Shown here in pieces: positions 38,882 through 53,022 of a stretch of 64,000 nucleotides of DNA. Every line of letters begins with the position of its first letter. The stretch's first letter is position 1. Under the pieces are notes generated by a model. That model had not been told where the DNA came from. It saw only the letters and a list, made by a program, of their open reading frames with translations, and searched no databases. Both the position numbers and the translations under genes were made by a program. This DNA comes from Octopus sinensis (lineage: Eukaryota): NCBI RefSeq assembly GCF_006345805.1, contig NC_043002.1:106516001-106580000 (forward strand), written 5' to 3'.

Positions 38882-39349
38882 CTGAGCCATACAGACACAG
38901 TGGTGTACCTGGCAGCCAAGTGCTTCTCCAAACCCCAATCGCTTTGATATGATACAATACCCCTGTAAGAGGTAAGGCAATATATATATAGTTAGGAGAG
39001 AGAGACAGACAGACAGAGTTATAGCAAATAACAGTAGTTGGGGGTGGAACTGCACCCACCTCCTCATACCCTTACAATGGACTTCTCTAAAGACATCACC
39101 CACCCACATACTTTGGTCACACCACCATCATTATTAACCAATGAGGAAGCATCTATATGGTCACTTGAAATGCTAAAAATGGCAGCCAAGTCTCTCTCAA
39201 ATCACACTCTTAAAGCAAAAAACATGTGGTCCTGGTTTTCTCTGTCCCCCACCCCCGCCAGTAAAAAGGCTGGATGGTCAGAACTGGAAGGTCTTTGATC
39301 ATAGGCCTGCTCAATCAGAGCTGACTTGTGGTTAAACAACAACAGCAAG

Positions 39350-40190
39350 TAACCATACCACCACCGTCATCACCACAACCTACACCCAGTAAATACCATC
39401 ACACCACACAAACCCATACCACCATGACCATCACCACCCCAACCACTAAGGCCATCAACAAAAACCATAGAAACAACTCCACACTTCAAAGACATCACCA
39501 CAATCACTACTACAGCCCAAACCACACTGACAAACAGCACCACTGCAAGCTTCGCCAATACTATCACAACTCAATGACATCATCACCATCACTACTACCA
39601 CACAGACAACACTAGCTATACCAATACCACCACAACCCATTATAACATGTAACCTTACCACATACCCCCCCCCCCGCCCTGTAATCCCTGCAATATCAGT
39701 TATACCATCGTTGCAACCACTAAAGGTAGGGAGGTGAGTGGGTAGGTAGGTGTGGAGGTAGGTAAACACTATTAAAGTCATCTTTGCCCACCTAACAAAA
39801 TCTGTCGGTTCATCTACCTGCCAACCTAGCAACCAATTTTATCTATCTGTATGACTACCAGCCAATATGACGATCTACCTACCTACCTACCTACCTACCA
39901 ATCTTCCAACCTACTACGGACATACTTGCTGAAAGACTGCCTGTCTACTAACCTATCTGTCTACCTGGCTACATACCTACACAACTACCTGCCTACACAT
40001 CAGCCAAACTAATCAACCCACCTACATACCTGTTTACCTGTATGGTGGGTAAGCGATCTATCTATCTACCTATGTACCCACCTATCATGACAACCTATCA
40101 ATATCTAAATATCCATGAGTTTACCTGGTTTTTCTGACAACCTACCTTTTCTCTAACTATGCAGCTATTTACCTATTTGTCTATGCAGCT
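39350..40190. repeat. Degenerate (CAC/CAT)-rich then (CTAC)-rich low-complexity DNA
   Basis: Direct reading. Confidence 0.75.
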
Positions 40191-40494
40191 TTCTCTGTAT
40201 GCTCGGGAGGGGGGGTATTTGTATCAATTTAGACAGCTTAGTGGTTAGAGTGTTGAGCTCATGACTGCAAGGCTGTGGGTTCAATTCTGATATAAGGTAG
40301 CAAGCACTTTATTTCATCCAGCTCGACTCCACACAGCTGAATAGGCATACCAGCCAGGCACAGCTGGAGCAGCTCTCTCTCTCTCTCCAGTCATCACATC
40401 TCCAGATGTTGATGAGAAAATAGGGAGAGTGTCTATCCACTTCCAACTACATAGGCACCTAAAACAACTGAGATAAAGGAAGCAAAGCAGCTGA

Positions 40495-40900
40495 GTTCCT
40501 TTCGAGTGTTGGGCTTCCTGGAGGCAAAGCGGCCAAGTTTCTTTTGAGTGTTGGGCCTTACAGAGGCAATGACCAAGACCTTTGACATTAGAAAATTACT
40601 ATTTTCAAATCTCACAACGAGAGATATTCAGCAACAGTACTTTGGAGTAAAGGTTGTTTGCCAACAAAACATGAAGGGAAAATAACCTGGAAATCGCGAT
40701 ACACAGATATTGTTTTGAGCTGAATGGGGGTGCTAGATTCCCTTGTTCGAAAATATAAGGACACAGATCGTGTTGTATAGCCAGCTGGAGACGATGTCCC
40801 CTGGGGCTAAATTACAGAAACATTCGTCCTAAACTAAGACTGCCATGTTATGTTGGCAAACAGCCTTTACACCTTTGACATTATGTTGTGTTGAGAAGAA
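40495..40900 (+). mobile_element. RTE-LINE-like 3' coding remnant split by a 280-bp insertion with a 13-bp TSD
   Basis: Encodes LGLTEAMT-like sequence. The direct repeat acctttgacatta at 40578-40590 and 40871-40883 flanks an insert related to 10580-10886. Confidence 0.55.
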
Positions 40901-42564
40901 GACCCATCAAGCCAAGCAAAATTGCAACCATGGCATATACCAGTGTCATGCAAATGGCACCTGTGCCAGTGGCACATAAAAGTATACATTACACTCAGAG
41001 TGTTTGGTGTTAGAAAGGGCATCCAGCTTTAGAAAACAATGCCAAATCAGACTGGTGCAGCCTTCCAGCTTACCAGCCCTGATCAAACCACCCAACCCAT
41101 GCCAGCATGGACAATGGACATTAAATGATGACTATGATAAACATGGTAAATGCCACCAAGTGTAAAGGTCGTACCCTAGCAAAGCTGCAGTCATGTCACT
41201 CAAAACAGTACAGTTCAAGGTGCCATCACCTGTAAGGCACAGGTATGTTGTCGAGGAAGAATCCTAGGTGCCGTGTTTCTCCCTTCTGATGGGGTAAATG
41301 TTTGCTGCCAAAAGAACTCATCCAGTTGGAGGATAACTATGTAGAGCCTATGTACAGTGAAGCATGACGCATGACCAAGGTTCAGGCCCAGCAGTGAGTC
41401 TCACTTCACTTTTGGACCCAGTGCAGTACAACACAGGGCACCAAACTGTGGCATAGATTAGTATGTAGAATACAAGCCACACAATAGTATTAACAATATA
41501 TATTCTTCTTCAGGTGGCGAGCTGGCAGAAGCGTTAGCACGCCGGGTGAAATGCTTAGCAGTATTTCGTCTGCCACTACGTTTTGAGTTCAAATTCTGCT
41601 GAGGTCAACTTATCCTTTCAGGGTCGATAAATTAAGTACCAGTTATGCACTGGGGTCAATATAACCGACTTAATCTGTTTGTCTGTCCTTGTTTGTCCTC
41701 TCTGTGTCTAGCTCCTTGTGGGCTGTAAAGAACTAGGTATTTCATCTGCCGTCACGTTCTGAGTTCAAATTCTGCCGAGGTCAACTTTGCCTTTCATCCT
41801 TTCGGGGTCAATTAAATAAGTACCAGTTATGCACTGGGCAATAAAGAAATGAATATATATTTTTATTTTTCTCTGTTTCAGTCAATTGGCTGTGGCCATG
41901 CTGGGGCACAGCCTTGAGGAATCTTTTAATCAAATGAATCAACCCCAGTACATCTTTTCTAAGCCTGGTATTTATTCTATTGGTATTTTTTGCCAAACTG
42001 CTAAGTTACAAGAATGTAAACACACCGACACAGGTTGTCAAACGGTGGTAGGAGACAAACGCAGACATAAAGACACACACACACACATATACCATAGGTT
42101 TCTTTCATTCTCCATCTACTAAAAAAAAGATTCGAGCGAGGTCATTGCCAGTACCGCCTGACTGGCCCCCATGCCAGTGGTACGTAAAAAGCACCCACTA
42201 CACTCTCAGAGTGGTTGGCGTTAGGAAGGGCATCCAGCTGTAGAAATTCTGCCAGATCAAGATTGGAGCCTGGTGCAGCCATCTGGTTCGCCAGTCCTCA
42301 GTCAAAATCGTCCAACCCATAGCATGGAAAGCGAACGATCAATGCACTCACAAGGCATGATCAGCTCATGGTTAGTACAGCAGAAGACACATGCCCAGAG
42401 TGCCATGGAGTGGGACTGAACCTGGAACCATGTGGTTGGGACGGAAACTTCTAACCACAGTCATACCTGTACCTATACACATCAGCCTGTCACAGTATCT
42501 TCCAATTTATCCAGTCTGTCTACCTATCAGTCAACAGTGTATGTGCATGTGTGTGCACGCACAC

Positions 42565-42617
<53 letters not shown>

Positions 42618-43216
42618 CGTCTGAATAGCTACCTATTTATCCAGTCAATCTACCTATCTGGCTACACTGTCGCTCTATTACTCTCTCAGACCAACCACCC
42701 AACCGGCCACCAACACTTGTACCCACCTATCAATATACCCACAAGCTATTCAAGTAGTGTACATTTCCACTGTGTATCCACCCCTAACAATGTACTACAA
42801 AAGCCAGAGCTACACACAAACAGAGAGAAAGCAGGGAGGGTGAAGCCATTGAGAAAGTAGTTCAGTTGTCTTTTTGACAGTTCAGCACTAAATTACAAAC
42901 CCCCCACATTCACCACCCGGAGGTCAGGTATTTTCAAGACAAACAATACACCACCACTACCACCACCACTGTCATTACAAACTCCCTTACAAGCCTTAAT
43001 ACCATCATTTCACCATCACCGCCACCGCCACCACAGCAGCCATGAACACCACCACTGCCAGCCACGTGCACTACATTTATTCAAAACCATACTCTGTGTG
43101 TGTACATTGTTTTTTATATATATATATATATATATTATATATAAACGCGCGCGCGCTCACACAGATATAGAGAGATAGAACACAAATACGTGTGTGTGTT
43201 GTTATATATATATATG

Positions 43217-43274
<58 letters not shown>

Positions 43275-43799
43275 ACACACACACATATATATATATATTA
43301 TAGTTAGAGCAGTTTCAAAGCAACACCATATGACCTAGTAAAATAAGCCAAACTGCATGCATGTGTGTGTGTGTTGTGTGTGTGTGTTTTATGATCTGTT
43401 GTCATACCAAGGTGGTTGAGAAAAGATTATAGGAGGGAACTATAGAGAGGGTTTCAAATCTTACAAGCTATAACCAATAACCTAAATAGAGAAAGGCCAC
43501 TATGTCTAAGCCTACTAAAGGCTATACTTAAGCATTTCATCCAGAGCCTTCTGACCATCATAGATAGATTCCAAGGTTTGCTATGTTCACAATTTCTCAA
43601 TCTTATTGGCAGCAGATGAATCTAACAACACCATAGTAGAGGTGGGGGGGGAGGAGGAATGGTATTTTAAATTTCATAACTCCATCAGGGACCTAAACAA
43701 ACTGGTACTCAACAAAAAACCCACAGGACTTTCTCCCCACCACGTCTGGAACAGATATAGTCTTTCTTTTATTCTCTTATTTGTTTCAGTTATTTGTTT

Positions 43800-43899
43800 N
43801 NNNNNNNNNNNNNNNNNNNNNNNNNNNNNNNNNNNNNNNNNNNNNNNNNNNNNNNNNNNNNNNNNNNNNNNNNNNNNNNNNNNNNNNNNNNNNNNNNNN
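43800..43899. other. Assembly gap (100 N)
   Basis: Exactly 100 N, a typical placeholder for a scaffold join of unknown size. Confidence 0.99.
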
Positions 43900-44137
43900 T
43901 GTTTGTATGTATGAATATAACGCGTGCGTACGTGTATGTGTATGAGTGTACGAATGGGTGTATGTACGTGCTAATGAGTGGCGTGCGGGAACGAGTACTT
44001 GCCTTCTAGTAGACAGACAATTTGGACTGCTGCCATCGCCAGGATCCTTAGCTCTAGCGATCAAAGATAACAAAAGTAATAAATGAAGATAATAAAATTA
44101 AAATTAGGGAATGGGCCTGTATTGGATTGTGTATATA

Positions 44138-44222
<85 letters not shown>

Positions 44223-44329
44223 GTGTATGTGTAGGTATGTATAGGCACACATGTGTACGTATGTGTGTGTGTATGTATATGTGTTTATGTATGTATGTGC
44301 ACACATTTTATTTCTTTATTTATTATTTT

Positions 44330-44366
<37 letters not shown>

Positions 44367-44533
44367 ATTTTTTATTTTTTTATTTATCTATTCTTTCATC
44401 TAACTTACCACTGACTCCTTGACCACTCCCCCAAGTATGATATTTTGCGCTATGCCTACCCCCCAAAAAGTCCCCCACCCCACTCCTTTAAACCTGCCTA
44501 AATGTATAAATGCTAATACAATTCTTGTTAAAT

Positions 44534-44583
44534 AGCTTCCTGAAGATTCTCTTGAATGAAACAGTACTAGTCCTGTAGAAGCT
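44534..44583 (+). ncRNA. Type-I hammerhead candidate
   Basis: AGCTTC-CTGAAGA-TTC tctt GAA t-GAAACAG-tactagtc-CTGTA-GAAGCT. 6-bp stem I, 4-bp stem III and a GUA triplet. Stem II is short and has a bulged T. Confidence 0.6.
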
Positions 44584-44592
44584 CCTTCTATA

Positions 44593-44631
<39 letters not shown>

Positions 44632-44638
44632 ATATATG

Positions 44639-44676
<38 letters not shown>

Positions 44677-44704
44677 ATATATGTATATATATGTGTATAT
44701 ATAT

Positions 44705-44778
<74 letters not shown>

Positions 44779-46333
44779 AGTCAATTCAAGGATGTCAGGT
44801 CCTCACCGGGGATTAAATAATCCAAAAATTCCACTGGTTAATCACTATCATATAAGGAGAAAATGATATCGATTCTTAGCAAATGCTTAGAATTATGTAC
44901 CATCTAGGGGCATGAATCGAAACATATATGTAGGTTTTTGGCATCTGCCATTTCATTTTTTAGGTTTACAATTTATAATTTATTTGTACTGCTTTTATGA
45001 AAAAAATTTCAGCATCTTTATATCATACAAATAAATTACTTATACATCCATTATACTCCATTTTCTTTCTTTCAATATACACACTCATATATATACATAG
45101 AGTGTGTGGTAAGGCTTCAACATATAGCACTCAATCAGCTAACAGAGTAACGCTCATGTTACAATGAAAACCATAAAGTCTTTTCAAATAAAGCTACCCA
45201 AGGTTTCATGATCAAAACTTTAATCTATTTTGCCATTTTTCAAGCTAAGAACAAGAGTTTGTCAGTTGCATTCAAAGTAGATGAGATTTGAGAAAAGAAT
45301 GCTCACAGGTAAAAAAGACAGAAAGAGACAGATAGGAAAACACAGGAGAGATAACCAACATTACAACAAACATGCCAAAAATATGTGAATCACAATGGGA
45401 ATGGTTTAAGATGTGTCTGGTGGTCTATCTTTAAAATGCAGATATGAAGAGAAAACATCCCATTCCTGGAATTTATGCAATCATTAGATGCTCTTAAGTT
45501 CTTTAAAGAGATGTAGCTTTTTTTGAGAGAGAGAGAGAGAAAAGATCTCAAGCATTTTGTTAACCCATTAATGTAGGGCTTGGCTTTAGAAAAGATTTTC
45601 CACGGATTAACTACGACAGCAAATGTAAAAGTAAAATATTCTCACCTGACACACAACCTTAATAAAGTAAATTTACTTTTGTGACCTAACATTGAAAATG
45701 TGACTGCATTAATTTAAACTGGTTATTTCTGCAACAGTTCAACCATTTCAGATTAAAGTAAAAAGCGCACACATTTAGAAAATTCCTGATTTGACTGAAG
45801 AGAGATCAGTAGTGTATAAAAGATTAGTAAAAATCTGATGTAATCAGTTTATCTTATTTATGAGCAAAATAATAAATTAAGGACAGAGTGTAAGTGCCCT
45901 GAGAGAAAAATTGGACAAAGAAGCATCACATGAGGGGATCGTATCTTACAGTGACTTGGGGACTGAGGGACCTTGCTTGTGCTGCTGCTATGTAAAAGGC
46001 TCTTAATGGTTGGCATTAGGAAGAGCATCCAGCTGTAGAAACCATACCAAAGCAGACACAGAACCTGGCAGAGCCCTCTGTCACGTCTGTTCTTGTCAAA
46101 CTGCCTGACCCATGCCAGAAAAAAAGACATTTGATGATGACAACAATGATGATGATGATGATGATAAATAGGACAGGTCTCTGTCAGTTTCTGTTTACCA
46201 AATCCACTCACATGGCTTTAATTGTCCCAGGGTTATAGTTCACTTGCTCAAAGTACCATGAAGCATGAAACAGGACTGAACCCAAGACCACATTGTTGGA
46301 AGCAAGCTTCTTGACCACACACTTATGCCTGCA

Positions 46334-46384
<51 letters not shown>

Positions 46385-46963
46385 ATCATCAGTGTCATCA
46401 CTCTTACATATAGTTTTCCATGAGGGCATGGATTGGATGGGACTTTTTGAGGCAGTGTTTAACAGCTGGATACCATTCCAGAACACCAACTCTTTTATTC
46501 TTCCCTTATGACATACAAAGATCCAATGGTATTCTACCAGTGTAAAAAAAGAAAAAAAAACATTAATACTGGGGGATTAGCAGACTTGTTGGTGCTCCAC
46601 CCAAACTGCTTTATGGTATTTGGTCAGGTCCTGTCATTGTTCCAGGATCAAGTCCAGCAGTAGGGTTGATTTAACTGACAAACACACCTCATCCAAGTTT
46701 AAGATCTCGTGCCTTTGTTAGAAACCATTCTTCATACCATCATCTTCTTGGAGGGTCAGAAATGGTAGAACATTACAAAACCATCCTAAACTCACAAAAT
46801 ATTTTTAGCTCAAATCCTGCTGAAGTCAACTTTGCTGTTCACCATTGCAGAAGGTCATTAAAATAGGAAGTGTGATATTGGTGTTGGTACTGGTGTGGGA
46901 ACAGTAATGTAGCAGCAGCAGTAGTAGTAGTTGTAGGAGGAGGAAGAGGAGGTGGGGGAGGAG

Positions 46964-47290
46964 GAGTTGATAGCCAGTGCTCTTAACCACTACACTATAT
47001 GTCCGTGAAAGGAAGAGAAGGAAACAGAAATGTACAATAAATAGAGATTAATCTCAAGAGTCTGAGTTCAATCCCAGTCAGTGACTTGAATAATAATAAC
47101 ATCAACAAGAAATACCTTAAGAATGAGAACAGAGTATGACATTAGTCAAATAAAGGGATGGGTTGAAATTGCACCAGGGCACCCTGATGAAGGCTGGAGA
47201 GTACATCAGCCATGATGTTGTGGTGACAACAAACAAGGTGAGGACACCTCTCCATCCAGTGTAAATAATGTACAGAATTCCTCATCTCCA
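46964..47290 (+). mobile_element. Degenerate copy of the hammerhead SINE with the 5' half of the head inverted
   Basis: A-box half on the minus strand at 46964-47007. B-box half, (AAT)n and tail on plus from about 47048. CTGATGA at 47184-47190 and stem II GGCTG/CAGCC are kept, but GAAA is lost. Confidence 0.7.
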
Positions 47291-48309
47291 AAATAGAGAG
47301 CAGTAAGCAATGCATTGTGTTCTTGAATGCAACACTTCGTTTTGCATGGCTCCAGTACACTCACCTGTAAATGGGGAAACTCTACGATGGACTGGTCTTT
47401 TATATACCATAGGAACTGGGCAACCGACCCCTATGAGTCCTGGGGCCTGAAACAATTATGTCCACAAGATGATGATGATGATGATGATGAGTACTGCATA
47501 GGGATGCTCCTGCTCAGTACCTCCTCAAATGTTGTTTAGTAGCTTCTGTGCTATCCCAGCAGCCCCACAAATTCACCCTACCCACACCACCACTTCTTCA
47601 TGTCTAATAACACATTCAAAGCCAAAATCCACCAACCGTACAGTCACTAAATGGAGTCATTTTGTTCATCAATTAGTTTGACTTGAATAATTAATGCTTC
47701 GTTGGCAACTTTCTCAAATTTACTCTCGACTGTATATGTGCCGGTGGCAAGTAAAAAGCACCATTCAAGCATGGTCGATGCCAGTGCCACCTGACTGGCC
47801 CTCGTGCCGGTGGCACATAAAAAGCACCCACTACACTCTCGGAGTGGTTGGTGTTAGGAAGGGCATCCAGCTGTAGAAACTTTGCCAGATCAGATTGGAG
47901 CCTGGTGCAGCCATCTGGCTTGCCAGCCCTCAATCAAACCATCCAACCCATGCCAGCATGGAAAGCGGACGTTAAACGACGACGACGATAATGATGAAGT
48001 AATGTTGTGCATGATTTACTTTGCATCATTAGGTTGTTTAACACATGCAAAATTAATATCATTTAAAGACTTTAAAACAGACAACCAGAGCAAGTTGAAA
48101 CTTGTCAAAAGGTTAAACACTTTGATGTAATTTAGTCTGTATCTCTTTAAGTTCAAATCCTACCTAGGTCTATTTTGCCTTGAATCTTTTCTGAGTCAAT
48201 AAAATAAAAGCTACAGCCATTTACTGGGGTTGATTTAATCAACTGAGTTTTCAGTAAAAATGTCTAGCCTTGTACCTATGTAAAAAATCAATGATAATTG
48301 TTTATGTAA

Positions 48310-48530
48310 GGCGGCGAGCTGGCAGAATCGTTAGCACGTCGGGCGAAATGCTCAGCGGTATTGCGTCTGTCTTTATGTTCTGAGTTCAAATTCCGCCGAG
48401 GTCGACTTTACCTTTCATCCTTTCGGGGTCGATTAAATAAGTACCAGTTACGCACTGGGGTCGATATAATCGACTTAATCCCTTTGTCTGTCCTCTCTGT
48501 GTTTAGCCCCTTGTGGGCAGTAAAGAAATA
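48310..48530 (+). mobile_element. tRNA-derived SINE family A, full length
   Basis: ggcggcgagctggcagaatcgttagc head, GAGTTCAAATTCC B-box, 17-bp TSD gataattgtttatgtaa. Confidence 0.9.
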
Positions 48531-51125
48531 GATAATTGTTTATGTAAATGCCAGAAGGGCAAAAGATGAAGAGACATTAACAGGGACAAATAATAAAATA
48601 AGAAATCAAATATGAAAAGCAGACAAACAACAAAATAATAAGACATAAGACAGGACTGTATCTATCAAAAATTAACCAGGAAATCAATGGCAGGAGGCCC
48701 TCTCTCAAATGGGTACTCTAGTCTATAGGTATAAAGCTGATGGTATGCCCGTTCACCTGGGTCATATCTACCACTCTCATCTACATTTCAGAAAATTTAT
48801 TTTGGAGTACAGCACCAACTTCACCACCCTCACTAATAATTAAAACTACTCAGTTATGTCATAATGTTTGTTCTTAATTATTCCACCCTGATAAATTTGA
48901 AAGGAGTGATTTATTTTTAATGAATAATTAGCAGAATTAATAATAATCTTGATAATCTTATAACTAAAATAGTTGGGGCTAATTGTGCTCCAGATTTCGG
49001 GCAGATTTTGGAATGATTGTATATTTGTACAACTAAAATGGGGCAGATTAGGGATAAGACCCAAATCTAAACACATTATCCATTTACCTTGGTTTCAAAA
49101 CATAGGCATATGACCTGAAACATGAGGAACAGCAAATGCTGATTATACAGACCCCATTACTTAACTGACATCTTATTTTTATTGACCCCAGAAGGATAAA
49201 CAGTAACATTGACTTTGGCAGGATTTGAAATCAGAACGAAAAGAACCGTGGCTAAATACTGGAAGGCATTTCATCTGACACTCCAATACTGCCATTTACT
49301 ATCCTTCTTTATTTTGGATTCTTCTGCGAAAAACCTGTCTGGCCATGGGGAAACAGGTAAGGGCTTGGAAACAGGTAAGGGCTGGCAACAAGAAGAACAT
49401 CAGGCTGCAGAAAATCTACCTTAGTAAATTCTGTCTGACCCATTCAAGCATGGTAAAGTGGACATTAAATGATAATGATGACAGACAGATAGGTGTGGCT
49501 GTGTGGTGAAGAAGTTTGGTTCCCAACCACATGGTTTCAGGTTCAGTCCCACTGTGTCACACCAAGTGCCTTCTACTATAGCTCTTGGCCTTATGAGTGA
49601 CTTTGGTAAACAAAAACTGCAAAAAAACCTGTTGTGTACATGCGTATGAATGCAAGTGGCTTCATTTCTGTCTCCTTGTCTTGACATGATTTGATTGTTG
49701 TAAATTATCATCACCTTCATACAAGCAATGTCATCCATGTCCAGTCTTCCATGAAAAACATGTCTGGTCATGGGGAAATAAGTGAGGGTCGGTGACAAGA
49801 AGGGCATCCAGCTGTAGAAACCCTGCCTCCATTTGACCCATGCAAACATGGAAAAATGCAAATCAGTTTGAAACATTTAACAATTCCACCATGGGAACTT
49901 ATTCAGTCATTAATTACATTCTCCCTTTAATTTATTCAATCCCCATAAACCATCTACACCATGTCACATTTTATATTTATATTTTATATTTTATATTTTA
50001 TCTAGTTTCAGCTCACGAGCTGTGGCCATGCTGGAGCACCGCCATGTTAGATGTACCTACAACACCTTTTTGTTTTTTCAAGAAACAAACCTTTTCAGAA
50101 CTAGTAAACTGATGAAGTCCTAAACATCACCAAGCCATACTCTATTGTATACACAAGATATGCCTGCACCATTAACAATATGGTGGGGTAACTGCAAGAA
50201 GTAGCATCCAAATATCCCTCAAAATTACACCCAACTATCTTTAACTATGGTTAATGCAATACTACATATACTATGTCTACAGAAAAGACATGATGGTCGT
50301 AGCTGGAACATCTTTGATCATAGGTCCACCAGGTGATCTGGGGCTAAGCAATAACATCACAATACGTGGTTGCTCAAGTTGCTAGAAATAACAGTCAAGT
50401 TTTCCTTTAATAATATCAAACTGGCTTTGAGAAAATAAAGACGTATTGTGTAAGCATAAAGTGTATTTGAATAAAAATGGGATGGAACGGTTATGATCAA
50501 AGTAGGTAGATTGGTTTGTCTACTAGATCAAGGATGAGCTGGGACTCCACAACAACAACGCCGCCGACACTAATATTACTAACAACCTTCACACTTCTTA
50601 CAAGCATGAACAATAAATCAGAATGGAGGGGGGGCAGGTGAGAATATGTAACCAACCTAAACACCTACATACATACACATACAGAAGTGTGGGGGGAGGC
50701 AGTGATACAAGAATCAAATACTGTGTTAACCAACCACTATGCAGGCTGAACATAGAATACAGATATAACAAGGCGCACACACACACACACACACATACAC
50801 ACAAACACACACACGTGTCCATACACCTATATACACAACAGCACATACAAATATACACACGCATACATATATCGCACACATGTACACACAACACACCTCA
50901 ATACATGTCACACCTATATATATATCAGTACGTACAAACAAAAACCTCATAAAAACGCACACACAGACAGACACATCTAATATATATAAATGCACTACAC
51001 ACCTATATACGCAATACACATATAAAATGACAACAACAGCTAAGGTATTTAGCACAATACAAAGAATGTGATAGCCTATATTCAATGTGGACTTTAAACT
51101 TTAATGATAATAACCAACAAAGTGG

Positions 51126-51174
<49 letters not shown>

Positions 51175-51818
51175 ATGTATGTATGTATATATGGGGGGGG
51201 TTACAAACCCTCAGTGGTGGTGGTGGTGGTGGTGGTGCTGAAAGAGGCCTTATGCCATGATCAGTGGCACGTAAAAAGCACCATCCGACCGATGCCAGCT
51301 CCCCTGGCCCCCTGTGCCAGTGGCATGTAAAAAGCACCCACTACACTCTTGGAGTGGTTGGCATTAGCAAGGGCATCCAGCTGTAAAAACACTGCCAGAT
51401 CAGATGGAGGCCTGGTATAGCCTCCTGGCTTCCCAGACCCCAGTCGAACCGTCCAACCCATGCCAGCATAGAAAACGGACATTAAACGATGATCATGATA
51501 TTTATATATGTAAAGTAAAAGTAAATGGAACTTGTGCCGGTATCAATAATGACTGGCCTTCAGGGGCACGATCAGCTGAACTGCCTACTCATTGTCGTAA
51601 AGTGTATGTGGTTGTGTATTCCACGGACAGAATCAGTACGATGCAGCGTGACAAAGTCTTCCTTTTTAATAATATGGAACAATCCATTGGAAAGACTTCC
51701 ACACAGTTTCCGCCAACCCAGTTTCGCAAAACTTTAGCTAACTCAAAAACTAAGGTGAAACATGCTTGATCAAGATGTCATGCAACGCATGATTAATTAA
51801 TTAATTTTACCCTTTTAT

Positions 51819-51852
<34 letters not shown>

Positions 51853-52080
51853 GCATGGGTGTGTGCATGATGATACTGTTTCTAGAAGGTTGAACAAGTC
51901 CCTCATTGGCTCAAATACAGAGATACAGACACATTTACATACAGAAGCGTTGGTCAGCTCAGAGATGTAGTAGATAGTTACACAAAGTGACATACGGTAG
52001 GATTGAACCCAAGCCTATGTTTAAAAAGTAAACTTCTGAACTAACAGCCATACCTGCACACACCACACACACACACACAC

Positions 52081-52589
52081 GGTTGGCAAAAGTCACCTGA
52101 CAGTAAATCAAAACCATTAAATTCCAAGATTTATTTATGTTTAACATCATCATCATCATTTAACATCTATTTTCCATGCTAGCATGGGTTGGACAGTTTG
52201 ACTGGGGTCTGGGAAGCCAGGAGGCTGCACCAGGCTCCAATCAGAGTTTCTACAGCTGGATGCCCTTCCTAATGTCAACCACTCTGTGAGTGTAGTGGAT
52301 GCTTTTTACGTGCCACCTCCACAGGGGCCAGAGGTGGCTGGCAACGGCCATGATCGGTTTGTGCTTTTTACATGCCAGTGGCACAGAAGCCAGTCATCTG
52401 AACATTCGGCCATGTTCAGATGGTGCTTTTTACGTGCCATTTAACTGAATGAATTTCATAAACACATCTAAATATGAAAATTGTTCAAACTGAAGTCCTT
52501 CTTGAGCAACGCCATTTTTCCATTTGGGTCAATACAGATAGTATTTATGGAATTTTGATTTATTGTCGGGTGACTTTTGGCCAACCCTA
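52081..52589. mobile_element. Tc1-type MITE interrupted by an RTE-like short element
   Basis: TIRs ggttggcaaaagtcacctgacagtaaatcaaaa / ttttgatttattgtcgggtgacttttggccaacc. Nested element at about 52144-52440. Confidence 0.7.
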
Positions 52590-52611
52590 TATATATAATA
52601 AATGTTCTTTT

Positions 52612-52978
52612 ATTCTTTTATTTGTTTCAATTATCTGACAGCGGCCATGCTGGAGCACCACTTTTAGTCGAACAAATTGACCCCAGGACTTATTCTTTGT
52701 AAGCTTAGTACTTATTCTATCAGTCTCTTTTGCCAAACTGCTATGTTACAGGGACGTAACGGTTGTCAAGCGATGGTGGGGGGACAAACACAGGCACACA
52801 AACACACACACACATATATGACAGGCTTCTTTCAGTTTCCATCAGCCAAATCCACTCACAAGGCTTTGGTCGGCCCAAGACAATAGTAGATGACACTTGC
52901 CGAAGGTGCCACGCAGTGGGACTGAACCTGGAACCATGAGGTTGGTAAGCAAGTTACTTACCACACAGCCACACCTGC
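52612..52978 (-). mobile_element. SINE family B, near full length
   Basis: Reverse complement of 33333-33745. Confidence 0.82.
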
Positions 52979-52981
52979 ACC

Positions 52982-53022
<41 letters not shown>

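Noticed and set aside
42568-42619. (GT)n(GC)n Z-DNA-prone tract
   Set aside because: Common microsatellite variant with no supporting context.
44900-44940. GAAAC-ATATAT-GTA hammerhead-like 3' half
   Set aside because: No CUGANGA core upstream.
49040-49110. Similarity from memory to a Tigger/pogo-type MITE end
   Set aside because: Short, with no TIR pair or TSD identifiable.
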